A stretch of DNA of 64,000 nucleotides from Macrostomum lignano (taxonomy: Eukaryota). The stretch spans positions 1 through 64,000 of the forward strand of contig NIVC01001715.1 of NCBI GenBank assembly GCA_002269645.1, written 5' to 3'. Below, in pieces: positions 16,748 to 29,718 of the stretch. Below the pieces are notes generated by a model, which did no database searches, was not told where the DNA came from, and saw only the letters and a program-made list of their open reading frames with translations. The position numbers and the translations under genes are program-made. How positions within the stretch are numbered: position 1 is the stretch's first letter; the number at the start of each line of letters is the position of its first letter.

Positions 16748-19700
16748 GTTAGAAAATATTTGAAGAGAGCCCTGGCAGTCGATGCAAATTTTAAGAGTAA
16801 GCCTAGAAATTTGCCAACTTAATGCAAATTTTATTTCTATTTATTCCCTTTAGTCGATAATTTCCGTTTAGTTCCATCGTTTATTCAATGAGAGACTTTA
16901 TGACAGACAGGGGTCAAGTTTTAATGAGCATTTTTTAATCTCATAATTGCAGCTCATGGCCTCCGCCTCCGTTAACCCACTAACCGCTTGTTAGAGCTGA
17001 CAAAAATGCATTAGTTTGCCTGCAGCAACGAATGAAGTTTTGAGCGCTGCCGTTTAATGGGTGCCAGTGGAATCCCTCAGCAGCATTTCATCATGCTATT
17101 GGATCTGATAACAGCGATGCAGGATGAAATATTTGCAACATCATGAGCATTGCTAGCGAGCAAACGGAATCTACGGTGGGACAATCTACCATTATCTAAA
17201 CCTAAAACTGTGACAACCTACCATTATCTAAGCCCAAAACTGTGACAACCTACCATTATCTAAGCCTAAAACTGTGACAACCTACCATTATCTAAGCCTA
17301 AAACTGTGACAACCTACCATTATCTAAGCCTAAAACTGTGACAACCTACCATTATCTAAGCCTTAAACTGTGACAACCTACCATTATCTAAGCCTAAAAC
17401 TGTGACAACCTACCATTATCTAAGCCTAAAACTGTGGCAGGTAGGTAGGTAGATAGGTGGGTAGGTAGGTGGGTAGGTAGGTAGAAAGGTAGGTAGGTAG
17501 GTGGGTAGGTAGGTTGGTAGGTAGGTAGGTAGGTAGATAGGTAGGTAGGTAGGTAGGTGGGTAGGTAGGTAGAGAGCTCTTACCATAAAAAGTAAGCAGC
17601 AGCTATAGTAGCACTTTGGGAATTTTGAGAAGTATTTTGTTGCAGATATTGCACATAGGCTAAGCAAAGCAAAAACGCTGACCGTTTGAATAGAGTGTTA
17701 ATAAAATATAGAGACCAATGGTCATGGAAACTTGCCAATAATTGTTTTTCAGCAAAGATATTTTTCTAGCTCTATCCCATCATTTTTATTTTGGTGGATT
17801 TATAGCTGTCATCCGCAAATTTTAATTAGCATTTTTCCATTTTTCCAACCTACCATAATCTAAGCCTAAAACTGTGACAACCTACCATTATCCAAGCTTA
17901 AAACCGTGTGACAATCTACCAAAATCTAAGCCTAAAACCGTGTGACAATCTACCATTATCTAAGCCTAAAACCGTGTGACAATCTACCAAAATCTAAGCC
18001 TAAAACCGTGTGACAATCTACCATTATCTAAGCCTAAATCATGTGACAATCTACCATTATCTAAGCCTAAAACCGTGTGACAATCTACCAATATCTAAGC
18101 CTAAAACCGTGTGACAATCTACCATTATCTAAGCCTAAATCATGTGACAATCTATCATTATCTAAGCCTAAATCATGTGACAATCTATCATTATCTAAGC
18201 CTAAATCATGTGACAATCTACCAATATCTAAGCCTAAATCATGTGACAATCTACCAATATCTAAGCCTAAATCATGTGACAATCTACCATTATCTAAGCC
18301 TAAAACAGTGTGACAATCTACCAATATCTAAGCCTAAATCATGTGACAATCTATCATTATCTAAGCCTAAATCATGTGACAATCTATCATTATTTCAGCC
18401 TAAACCCACGCAACAATCTAACCAATAAAAGCAGTTAATTTTAGACGGAATGCTCTGCAGCTGTGCCTCTTTCAAGCGTTAAAGAAGAAGGGACAGCTTG
18501 GCTGAAGCACCAACTGCTATAATTACTTGCTGACGGATGACGATATGATGTTAGAGCCATTTTTATGACAGCTGCGAGGCCAAGTTTTAATGAGCTGCTC
18601 AAATCCTCCAATACGGCAATTCAGCAAGTTCTCTGGATCTCTCTACCTGAGTTGGTCAGTCACATGATCTGCTGTAAAATTTGGCAATAGTGCTTTTAGT
18701 GTGAAACTGCAGTGGATTCCAGTGGCCCCACTCGTTTATATATAGAGAATTACATATAGCCATTATTGCCACGATTAATGTTTACCAACTTCCTTGGGAC
18801 GGTTAATTTGCAGCGTGACATCTCAAATAAATGAATAAGTAAGAGTTGTTCATAGTAGAAAAAAAGTATAAAATAGAAAACAGAGTATCAACACAAAAGT
18901 TTCCAAGCGTTTCACACTCTGAGGTACAGCTTCAGGTTTACTTTTTTTCTGAAAAGAGAACAGAACAGACAAACAAACCATGTGATAACAGTAGAACTAC
19001 CAAATGAATGCCTCTGCCAATTGTTTTCTGGGCCGAAAGACGGAAATTGTCGCGCACCTTCTCAAGCAACAATCAAATCGCAAGCCCTCCGGACCGTCGG
19101 GATATTCAACAATTCCTCCCGAAGGTCAGATTTTTCCCACAAGCGCTAGTGTATTCAATACACCCCTGTGCGACGATCAGCACCGCCTTGTCAAGCCTTC
19201 TAATTCACCAGAACGTCGATCACAAGTGTCTGCATCGGTAGGATGAATGATAGATTGGGCGTTTGAACTGGAACGGAATTTAATCGGCTGTAGGAAGGCA
19301 AAAGTTCTCTACAAGAATTGCACTTTTTCAATTCTGATAATTCAGTGAGATGGTGGGCTGCACGCACAGATAAAAAGCTTAATTAGAAAAAGTTTTAAAC
19401 AGTTTAAGGAATGCAATACAAGAACACTGACAACAAAAGAAGCAAAATAGGCAATCCAAAAGTTATAATTTGTGTTAAGATCAGGTGTGAGTTATAATCC
19501 AACAAAGTTATACATATTTCTAAATATCATGACCATTTGAGCTGGGGATAGACTTTTTCACTCTGCCATCAAAAAATGCCATTTCTAGTCGATACCACAG
19601 CTTTTGCATTTTCCCTCGTTGCTTTGTAGCATCAGCTGTGTGACCTGATGGCCCACTTGTTGATACGAGGGGTGCTTATTAAGTTCCCGGAAAATGCAGC

Positions 19701-19994
19701 TTAAAAATGCGCATTTCAAAATCTGAAGAGGAAGCGCTTCGACTCAAGAGTGGAGCTGGTTGTTGCGCCGCAAGCTGAGCTGGACAGCTTCATCAAAGCT
19801 GATCTCAGGGTTGCTTTGACGCATGGTTCCAGCGCCTGCAAAAGTGCTCCGATTCGGGTGGAAATTATGTTGAGAAGTGATACTAGACTGCGGTTGCTGC
19901 AGGTAAAATTTCTCACAGACGCAACCATCAGAACTGAACTCTTCCGGGAACTTAATAAGCAACCCATCGAAAAAAAATGAAACTGTTGCAATAG

Positions 19995-20260
19995 AGAACT
20001 CAAGCTAGACAGGACAGGACAACAATCAAGTTGGACAGGACAACAATCAAGTTAGACAGGACAACGATCAAGTTAGACAGGACAACAATCAAGTTGGACA
20101 GGACAAAAATCAAGTTAGACAGGACAACAATCAAGTTAGACAGGACAACAATCAAGTTGGACAGGACAAAAATCAAGTTAGATAGGACAACAATCAAGTT
20201 AAACAGGGCAGAAATCAAGTTAGACAGGACAACAATCAAGGTAAACAGGGCAACAATCAA
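19995..20260. repeat. 18-bp minisatellite downstream of paralogue 3
   Basis: Same unit as 14113-14722. Confidence 0.93.
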
Positions 20261-20330
20261 GACTTTGACGCGGCAACCATAAAGTTGGAGAAACACTCAT
20301 GCTTAAACAGAGAAGAGGAAATTGTCCGCA

Positions 20331-22463
20331 TCATCCGCAGGCAGTGCCAGCAGCCAGCTGCCGCACCTCCACCCGGCCCTGCTTGCTGCCCGAGTTGCCG
20401 CCAGTCACGGCGTGGTTATAGCCCCTCCCGGCTCCGCCGCCGCTGAAGCCGCCTCCGGCGCCAGCAGCACCTCCACTATTGTCGGCGTTTCCGCCGCCGC
20501 CTCCGCCGCCGAATCCGCCGTCTCCGGAGCTGCCACTGCCGGCTTGACCTCCCGCCCAACTCTGGTCGATGCCGCCGCCTCTCTCGCCGTCGCCCAGTCC
20601 TCGTCTGGCGTTGACAGCCCGGCCGAGCCAGCCTGCGCCGCAGCCACCGTGCTGGTGGGCGTACAGTGCTGCACTAGGATCGTTGAGTCCCGGTTGACCG
20701 TTGGCTCCGCCGGTGCCTTCATAAGCGGAATAGGTTCCGAGTGAGTTGCTGCCGCTGCTGGTTGAGCTGCCGTGTTGGGCTAAAAATTAAGTGATTCTAG
20801 GTACAATAGGAAATTTTCAAAAAAAATTCATCACCGAGAGACATTGTAAAATTCTGTGTGACTGGAGTATCCGCCTACCTGAAAATGACTTCGAAGCGCC
20901 GCCGCCGCCACCGGCCGCCAGGTGCAGCTGCCCGTCGCTCGTTCCGTACACGAAGCTGCCGCCGCCGCCGCCGCCGCCGGCCGTCGATGGGGCTGCCGGG
21001 CCGCCTGCCTGACCGACCACGATCGACAGCCGCGACCCGCCAGTCAGGTTGAAGCTGCCGGCCGCTGAGGCGCCTCTGCCGGCTGCTTTGCCATAGACAG
21101 CGTTGTCACCTCCGGCCGCTCCGAAGGCCTCGATGCGGTAGCAGCCGGTGATGTTGATCGTCAGGTGCTGGACGGATCCGTTTCGACCCGTGCTCGAGTT
21201 TGGGAGAGGTAGTTTTATAACCTTGCTGGTTGAGAGTTCCAGGCTTGTCTTTTACCCAAATGCAGTCCACCGAAGGGGCTTACGCTCAAAAACACAAAAT
21301 TCATGTAGTACACGAGATCATTTAAGCTTGACATCAGCATCATACATGTATAGCATACTACGATATTGCCAGGGCTTTTGGCAAGGGCTTCCACCGCGCA
21401 TATTTGGTGGGACATTGTAGAAATTGGATCTGTAAATAAGCCATATATTCACACGATAAGCAATGCAGACAATCAGAATGCCGCACTACAGACCGCTTTC
21501 CAACTGTCGTGAGTGTGAAGATTCTTTAGGAAACCTAGGGGACATTTAGAACCCTGCATGGATTCTTTCAGTTACTGACTATCGGCTTCGTAGTACACGA
21601 CATCCCGGCCGGCGTTCTTCGTCCTACTGAATCGAAAGACGAAACGTCAGAACGAGTCAACACTTCACCAACTATCCGTGCTGCTTTCCAACACGGTACT
21701 CCAGAGGACTTTGCGATGATGTGCACTGCTCTGCTTTGACTGCCGTCTTTTGCTGGTTTCCAGTCCGACGTTAGGTAGTCAGATGTTTGTCAGTCAGACA
21801 CGTTCACCAGTCAGATGTTTGTCAGTCAGACACGTTCACCAGTCAGATGTTTGTCAGTCAGACACGTTCACCAGTCAGATGTTTGTCAGTCAGACACGTT
21901 CACCAGTCAGATGTTTGTCAGTCAGACACGTTTATTAGTCGGATGTTTGTCAGTCACTTTTTGGACAGAACGGCGGTGAAGTTCTTCAGCTGCCTCTGCT
22001 GCACGGTCTGCTCAAAGTCGGCCACCTTTCACACCTGCAGCTCGCCAGTCAACATGAATGCCCGGCGGTCCCAGCTGCTTCGAGGCGTCATTGAAAAAGA
22101 GCAGCTCGCAGACTCCAGATCTGCTGAAAGCAGCTGCAGCACAGTTTCTCAATAAGCACTGCGTCACGCACTCGAATACGGTGCGCATGCGACCCAGAAA
22201 GGCGACCTCGCTGCTGGAGGCGCCAGTCGGCTCGGTGGTGGTCTCGGTGCGAATATGCTTGTGAAACTCGGTGGTTGACTGAGCCGCAGCTGGGAGCAGG
22301 ACTGAAAGGTTTGACATTGTAATTGAGATACATATAAACATATGCATTAAGATATAGATACATGTAGGTAGGTAGGTAGGTAGGTAGGTAGGTAGGTAGA
22401 TAGATAGGTAGATAGGTAGATCTTACCATAAAAAGGAAGCAGCTACAGGGTCACTATTGACAT
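20331..22463 (-). pseudogene. Pseudogenised PAN + glycine-rich paralogue 3
   Basis: Lesions: TAG in exon 1 (ATG TCA ATA GTG ACC CTG TAG), a 23-bp frameshifting deletion and a W>TGA change in the PAN exon, C>TAA at 21252-21254 in exon 3, and a ~45-bp deletion in the last exon near 20410. Confidence 0.85.
21776..21955. repeat. 32-bp minisatellite (agtcagatgtttgtcagtcagacacgttcacc)n in intron 2 of paralogue 3
   Basis: About 5.5 copies visible. Confidence 0.93.
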
Positions 22464-22639
22464 TTTGAGTAGTATTCTGTTGGAGATATTGAGCAGTCGC
22501 TCTTTATACTAGCTCGGATTTAAAGATCACAGAGCGTTGAAACTCGTCTTTGAATATTAGCAAAAAACTCTAGGTCTGGTTGCCATCAATCATTTTAGTA
22601 TGCTCGATTTTAGGGCTGTCATTGGAAGACTATAATGAG

Positions 22640-23126
22640 CATTGTTCTAGCAATTGCTGCACAAGGCCCTGGGCGAAAAAGCTTTGGAAACGAGATAGTT
22701 GGGGCTGTATACCTTTGGATGATGCTCGCAGACTTGCTGACGACAGATCGCTTGTGTTGCTGGATATCAGATGGGCCAGCGCTTTTTCACGGCAATCGCT
22801 AGAAGTCAGCTTTAAGAGAGCTGCTCAACCCCCCCCCCCCGCTCATACGAGAAGCTTCATTCCCTGAAGCATCTGATCACTTTTTTCCTCCGCCTCACTC
22901 CATCAACTGCTTGAATAGAAACAGGAAACTTCATTTCTTGTGCAGCTGGATGCGCAGACCTGCATGGCCCCTTTATTACAGGTGCAGTTGGTTTGGCGGA
23001 AACAGTATCGATTTGGGGCCGACTCGCCATATGCTGTGTTATGTAAAGTTATGAAATGCGCTTCAATTGGTTGAGCCAGTGGGCCGACTGCTCTCAGAAA
23101 TGAAGGACTTCGCTGCCCCCTGCTCT
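22640..23126. mobile_element. Dispersed ~450-bp repeat element, copy A; homologues at ~28240-28637 and, inverted, ~60170-60625
   Basis: Shared blocks such as tgtgcagctggatgcg(c/a)agacctgca, ggaaacagtatcg and cctcactcc occur in all three copies. No termini or TSD identified. Confidence 0.65.
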
Positions 23127-23890
23127 TGGCTGGTTACAATAGCCACTTGGCTGGTAACAATAGCCACTTGGCTGGTAACAATAGCCAACTTGGCTGGTAA
23201 CAATAGCCACTTGGCTGGTAACAATAGCCAACTTGGCTGGTAACAATAGCCACTTGGCTGGTAACAATAGCCACTTGGCTGGTAGCAATAGCCACTTGGC
23301 TGGTAACAATAGCCAACTTGCCTGGTAACAATAGCCACTTGGCTGGTAACAATAGCCACTTGGCTGGTAGCAATAGTCAACTTGACTGGTAACAATAGCC
23401 ACTTGGCTGGTAACAATAGCCACTTGGCTGGTAACAATAGTCAACTTGACTGGTAACAATAGCCACTTGGCTGGTAACAATAGCCAACTTGGCTGGTAAC
23501 AATAGCCACTTGGCTGGTAACAATAGCCACTTGGCTGGTAACAATAGTCAACTTGACTGGTAACAATAGTCAACTTGACTGGTAACAATAGCCACTTGGC
23601 TGGTAACAATAGCCAACTTGGCTGGTAACAATAGCCACTTGGCTGGTAACAATAGACACTTGGCTGGTAACAATAGCCACTTGGCTGGTAACAATAGCCA
23701 CTTGGCTGGTAACAATAGCCACTTGGCTGGTAACAATAGCCACTTGGCTGGTAACAATAGCCACTTGGCTGGTAACAATAGCCACTTGGCTGGTAACAAT
23801 AGCCACTTGGCTGGTAACAATAGCCACTTGGCTGGTAACAATAGCCACTTGGCTGGTAACAATAGCCAACTTGGCTGGTAACAGTAGCCA
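23127..23890. repeat. 21/22-bp minisatellite (ccacttggctggtaacaatag)n
   Basis: Directly visible, ~35 copies. Confidence 0.97.
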
Positions 23891-25015
23891 AGCTCAAAGG
23901 CTAAGAGAGCACAATGCTGAAATATGAGATGAGAGAAAAGATCAGAAATGAGAAGAGATGAAAGAGGAGTTGAGATGAGGTAGCTCGTAAGATAAAAGAG
24001 ATGGGATGAGATGAGAGATGAGAAGAGATGAAAGATGAGCTGAGAGATAAGATGAGTAGGAGATAAGAGGAGGGAGGAGAGGGGATGAGAGATGAGTACG
24101 TGAGTACCTGCTGTTCGAGCGAATCCGTCGGCGTAGATTTACTTGACTTAACTGCAGGGCAGTCCGAAGACGCAGCGGGGGAGGCCCATTCCGCTAAACC
24201 CTGGTGACCCGCTTCGGCAATGGTGAGGGGCCAGTCAGGGCGGTCCGCCAGGTCGTCCTCAGCGTTTTCTTCGGCAAACACGAACGGCAATGCCTGTCAT
24301 AAACCGGAAAGTATCCGACTATCTAATCCCTTTAAGGAAAACTGCCGCTACAATTGTTTGCGGAGTGATGACCATTTTTATGACAGGTGCTTAACTCCAC
24401 CAATACGGCAATTCTGCCAGTTCTCTGTACTCAGTGCTATTAGAAGCAGTTGGCAATAGTGCTATTAGTGTAAAGCTGCACTGGATGCCCATAGCACCAC
24501 AAGTTTGCATCCGTGATATATACTCGTACATATACGTTTATATAAAAGAATAGCCATTAGCTGTAATGTTTAATATTTTGCCCATATTGGGGATTCTGAG
24601 GGGCGTCTGCTATTTATTTCAGAGAACAGACAAACAAGAGAGATTAAAGAGAACAGCTTAACTGAAACAGCTAAATTTATAAACATTTTAGGGCATCCAA
24701 AGCAAGCGCACTGACACCTCAAAAAGGAAAATGACCAAAATATAAAGAGTTAAAACTCTCTTGTTAACACCAGGTTTTGAGTTAGATTCAAACAAAGTTG
24801 TACAATTTTCTAAATAGTTTGAAAATAATGGTTAAAGACTTACATTTCTATTCGATAACACAGGTTGTAAATTTTCTGTCGTGGCTTTTTGCAGCATCAA
24901 CTGTGTGACCTGATGGCCCACTTGAGGACGGCGTGAAGGCACTTTGATGCAGTCAAGTTGTTGACAAAATAGCAAATTATAACAGTTGCAAGAGAAAACT
25001 CTCGTTTCAGAAAGC

Positions 25016-25590
25016 AACAATCAATTTGGACAGGACAATAATAAAATTAAACAGGACTATAATCAAGTTGGACAGGACAACAATCAAGTTGGACAGGACA
25101 ACAATCAAGTTATACAGGACAACAATCAAGTTGGACAGGACAACAATCAAGTTAGACAGGACAACAATCAAGTTGGACAGGACAACAATCAAGTTATACA
25201 GGACAACAATCAAGTTGGACAGGACAACAATCAAGTTATACAGGACAACAATCAAGTTGGACAGGACAACAATCAAGTTAGACAGGACAACAATCAAGTT
25301 ATACAGGACAACAATCAAGTTGGACAGGACAACAATCAAGTTAGACAGGACAAAAATCAAGTTAGACAGGACAACAATCAAGTTAGAAAGGACAAAAATC
25401 AAGTTAGACAGGACAACAATCAAGTTAGACTGGACAACAATCAAGTTAGACAGGACAACAATCAGGTTATACAGGACAACAATCAAGTTGAACAGGACAG
25501 AAATCAAGTTGGACTGGACAACAATCAAGTTATACAGGACAACAATCAAGTTAGACAGGACAAAAATCAAGTTAGACAGGACAACAATCA
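25016..25590. repeat. 18-bp minisatellite downstream of paralogue 4
   Basis: Same unit as 14113-14722. Confidence 0.93.
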
Positions 25591-25661
25591 AGACTTTGAC
25601 GCGGCAACCATAAAGTTGGAGAAACACTCATGGTTAAACAGAGAAGAGGAAATTGTCCGCA

Positions 25662-27672
25662 TCATCCGCAGGCAGTGCCAGCAGCCAGCTGCCGCACCTC
25701 CACCCGGCCCTGCTCGCTGCCCGAGTTGCCGCCAGTCACGGCGGTGCAGTCGACGCCGCCGCAAAACGAGCCGCCGCCGCCGCCGGCGTGGTTAGTGCCC
25801 ATCCCGGCTCCGCCGCCGCTGTAGCCGCCTCCGGCGCCAGCAGCACCTCCACTATTGTCGGCGTTTCCACCGCCGCCTCCGCCGCCGAATCCGCCGTCTC
25901 CGGAGCTGCCGCTGCCGGCCTGACCTCCCACCCAGCTCTGGTCGATGCCGCCGCCTCTCTCGCCGTCGCCCAGTCCTCGTCTGGCGTTGACAGCCCGGCC
26001 GAGCCAGCCTGCGCCGCAGCCACCGTGCTGGTGGGCGTACAGTGCTGCACTAGGATCGTTGAGTCCCGGCTGACCGTTGGCTCCGCCGGTGCCTTCATAA
26101 GCGGAAAGGCCTCCGGTTGAGTTGCTGCCGCTGCTGGTTGAGCTGCCGTGTTGGGCTAAAAATTAAATGATTCTAGGTACAATAGAAAATTTGCAAAAAA
26201 ACCATCACCGAGAGACATTGTACAATTCTGTGTGACTGGATTATCCGCCTACCTGAAAATGATTGCGAAGCACCACCGCCGCTACCGGCCGCCAGGTGCA
26301 GCTGCCCGTCGCTCGCTCCGTACACGAAGCTGCCGCCGCCGCCGCCGCCGCCGGCCGTCGATGGGGCTGCCGGGCCACCTGCCTGACCGACCACGATCGA
26401 CAGCCGCGACCCGCCAGTCAGGTTGAAGCTGCCGGCCGCTGAGGCGCCTCTGCCGCCTGCTTTGCCATAGGCAGCGTTGTCACCTCCGGCCGCTCCGAAG
26501 GCCTCGATGCGGTAGCAGCCGGTGATGTTGATCGTCAGGTGCTGGACGGACCCGTTGCGACCCGTGCTCGAGTCTGGAAGAGGTAAATGTATGACCTTGC
26601 TGGTTGAGAGTCCCAGACTCGTCTTGCACCCAATGGCGGTCCACCGAATGGCTTGCACTCAAATACTCTAAAATGCAGCAACACACGAGATCAATTAAAC
26701 TATGCACAAATCTGCGGAATCTAACAGACTACGGCATGGCTAACTATTGCTTGTGATATTGACGATGCTGCCAGCTTCCCTATGAGTCTGGCTTCCCTGT
26801 GCGTCTGGCTTCCCTATGAGTCTTGCTTCCCTGTGCGTTTGGCTTCCCTGTGCGTTTGGCTTCCCTGTGCGTTTGGCTTCCCTGTGCGTCTGGCTTCCCT
26901 GTGCGTCTGGCTTCCCTGTGCGTCTGGCTTCCCTATGAGTCTGGCTTTCCTATGAGTCTGGCTTTCCTGTGCGTCTGGCTTTCCTGTGAGTCTGGCTTTC
27001 CTATGAGTCTGGCTTTCCTATGAGTCTGGCTTTCCTATGAGTCTGGCTTTCCTATGAGTCTGGCTTTCCTATGAGTCTGGCTTTCCTATGAGTCTGGCTT
27101 TCCTATGCGTCTGGCTTTCCTATGCGTCTGGCTTTCCTATGAGTCTGGCTTTCCTATGAGTCTGGCTTTCCTATGAGTCTGGCTTTCCTATGAGTCTGGC
27201 TTTCCTATGAGTCTGGCTTTCCTATGAGTCTGGCTTTCCTATGAGTCTGGCTTTCCTGAGTCTGTCTTTTTTGCTAACTACAGAACTCTTACTGGACAGA
27301 ACGACAGTGAGGTTCTTCAGCTGCCTCTGCTGCACGGTCTGCTCAAAGTCGGCCACCTTCCACACCTGCAGCTCGCCAGTCGAGCTGTTGCCGAACCGCC
27401 TGGCTACGTGAGTGCCCGGCGGTCCCAGCTGCTTCGAGGCGTCATTGATGAAGAGCAGCTCGCAGATGCCGGACTTGCCGGAGCTGGAGGCGACGGCGTC
27501 GCAGTTTCTGGCTGAGCACTGCAGCAGGCAGTCGGTAGCTGAGCGCATGCGGCTCAGGAGGACGACCTCGCTGCTGGAGGCGTCCGTCAGCTCGACTGGC
27601 TGCTCAGAGGCGGTGAAGCTGATGGAATCGAGCTGCACTGCCACCGCTGGGAGCAGCACTGAAATGGTGGCG

Positions 27673-27769
<97 letters not shown>

Positions 27770-27770
27770 G

Positions 27771-27807
<37 letters not shown>

Positions 27808-28030
27808 GTAGGTAGGTATGTAGGTAGGTAGGTAGGTGGGTAGGTATGTATGTATGTAGGTAGGTAGGTAGGTAGGTAGGTAGGTATGTATGTATGTAGG
27901 TAGGTAGGTAGGTAGGTAGGTAGGTAGGTAGGTAGGTAGGTAGGTAGATAGGTAGGTAGGTAGGTAGGTAGGTAAGTGGAGAGCTCTTACCATAAAAAGT
28001 AAGCAGCAGCCATAGTAGCACTTTGGGCAT
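25662..28030 (-). CDS. Secreted PAN/apple-like + ALK/LTK-type glycine-rich domain protein, paralogue 4, 434 aa (445 aa if ATG 28063 is used)
   Basis: Exons 28030-27991 (MPKVLLWLLLTFY), 27658-27293, 26657-26253 and 26155-25662. All GT-AG and phase 1; the frame is open. Confidence 0.83.
26775..27262. repeat. 17-bp minisatellite (ctggc(t)tccctatgagt / ctggcttccctgtgcgt)n in intron 2 of paralogue 4
   Basis: Directly visible. Confidence 0.95.
27675..27975. repeat. Compound (GATA)n-(GGTA)n microsatellite in intron 1 of paralogue 4
   Basis: GATA to ~27808, then GGTA/GTAT variants. Confidence 0.96.
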
Positions 28031-28637
28031 TATGAGAAGTATTTTGTTGCAGATATTGCACATAGGCTAAGCAAAGCAAAAACGCTGACCGTTTGAATAG
28101 AGTGTTTATAAAATATAGAGACCAATGGTCATGGAAACTTGCCAATAATTGTTTTTCAGCAAAGATATTTTTCTAGCTCATCCCATCATTTTTTTTTGGT
28201 GGATTTATTACTGTCATCCGCAAATTTTAATTAGCATTTTTTCTAGCAGTTACTGCGCAAGGCCTCTGGCCAAAAAGTTATGGGAATGGAATAGTTTGCG
28301 GTTGTATAATGCATGCGGACTAGCTGGCAGTCGATTCATTGCTTCCGCGTTCCTGGATATCATTAGCGTTGGGCCAACGCTGTTTGGGGAGCTGTCTAAA
28401 CGGCTTCCCCATAGGAGAAGCTTCATTTAATTATCTCTGGTTCATTGTTTTTTATTCCACCTCACTCCGTCAACGGCTTGGATGTAAACAGGAAGCTCTA
28501 TCTCCTGTGCAGCTGGATGCGAAGACCTGCAGGGCCCCTTTATTACAGGTGCAGTTGGTTTGGCGCAAACAGTATATCGATTTCCTGGCAGAATGGCGAT
28601 ATGTTGTGTTATGCAAAGTTATGAAATGCACTCCTGC

Positions 28638-29368
28638 TGAGCACAGAGGGTGAGAGAGCACAGAGGGTGAGAGAGCACAGAGGGTGAGAGAGCACAGAGG
28701 GTGAGAGAGCACAGAGGGTGAGAGAGCACAGAGGGTGAGAGAGCACAGAGGGTGAGAGAGCACAGAGGGTGAGAGAGCACAGAGGGTGAGAGAGCACAGA
28801 GGGTGAGAGAGCACAGAGGGTGAGAGAGCACAGTGGGTGAGAGAGCACAGAGGGTGAGAGAGCACAGAGGGTGAGAGAGCACAGTGGGTGAGAGAGCACA
28901 GAGGGTGAGAGAGCACAGAGGGTGAGAGAGCACAGAGGGTGAGAGAGCACAGAGGGTGAGAGAGCACAGAGGGTGAGAGAGCACAGTGGGTGAGAGAGCA
29001 CAGAGGGTGAGAGAGCACAGAGGGTGAGAGAGCACAGTGGGTGAGAGAGCACAGAGGGTGAGAGAGCACAGAGGGTGAGAGAGCACAGAGGGTGAGAGAG
29101 CACAGAGGGTGAGAGAGCACAGAGGGTGAGAGAGCACAGAGGGTGAGAGAGCACAGAGGGTGAGAGAGCACAGAGGGTGAGAGAGCACAGAGGGTGAGAG
29201 AGCACAGAGGGTGAGAGATCACAGAGGGCGAGAGAGCACAGAGGGTGAGAGAGCACAGAGGGTGAGAGAGCACAGAGGGTGAGAGAGCACAGAGGGTGAG
29301 AGATCACAGAGGGCGAGAGAGCACAGAGGGTGAGAGAGCACAGAGGGTGAGAGAGCACAGAGGGTGAG
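28638..29368. repeat. 17-bp minisatellite (gagcacagagggtgaga)n
   Basis: Directly visible, ~43 copies. Confidence 0.97.
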
Positions 29369-29718
29369 AGTACCCTTCAGAAGGGGACTTTCTGTCAATT
29401 TAAGTGACTTCAAACAGGGTGCTTTTGTAATACTGAAATTTCATATCACTAAATGTTGCAAACCTACTGTTCATTTTTTAACTTCATTGCACATTCAATC
29501 ATATTTTGATCTCTGCCCATTAGCGCTTGAACGCTAATTCTATCAATGTGAGCTTGAAAAAGATGTAAAAAACAAAAATCGAGTCGCAACTTTTTATTAT
29601 AAGTAGTATATTTGTGCCAGTTGAGGTGAAACGAACAATTTAGCTAATAAAAAAGCAACAAATAAAATCTTTGTTAAAATTTTTCAGTGTCAGTAGCTAG
29701 TAGAGAGTTTTACATAAG

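Noticed and set aside
21615-21665. ctgaatcgaaagacgaaacgtc resembling a hammerhead ribozyme core
   Set aside because: The CUGANGA core is broken (G8/A9 missing) and I could not build convincing stems I and III; at most a decayed relic.
24986-25795. 269-aa QDNNQV ORF and the related DRTTIK/LSNLIVV ORFs at 14.1 and 20.0 kb
   Set aside because: 18-bp VNTR running into the antisense strand of the glycine-rich exon; open in several frames and on both strands.
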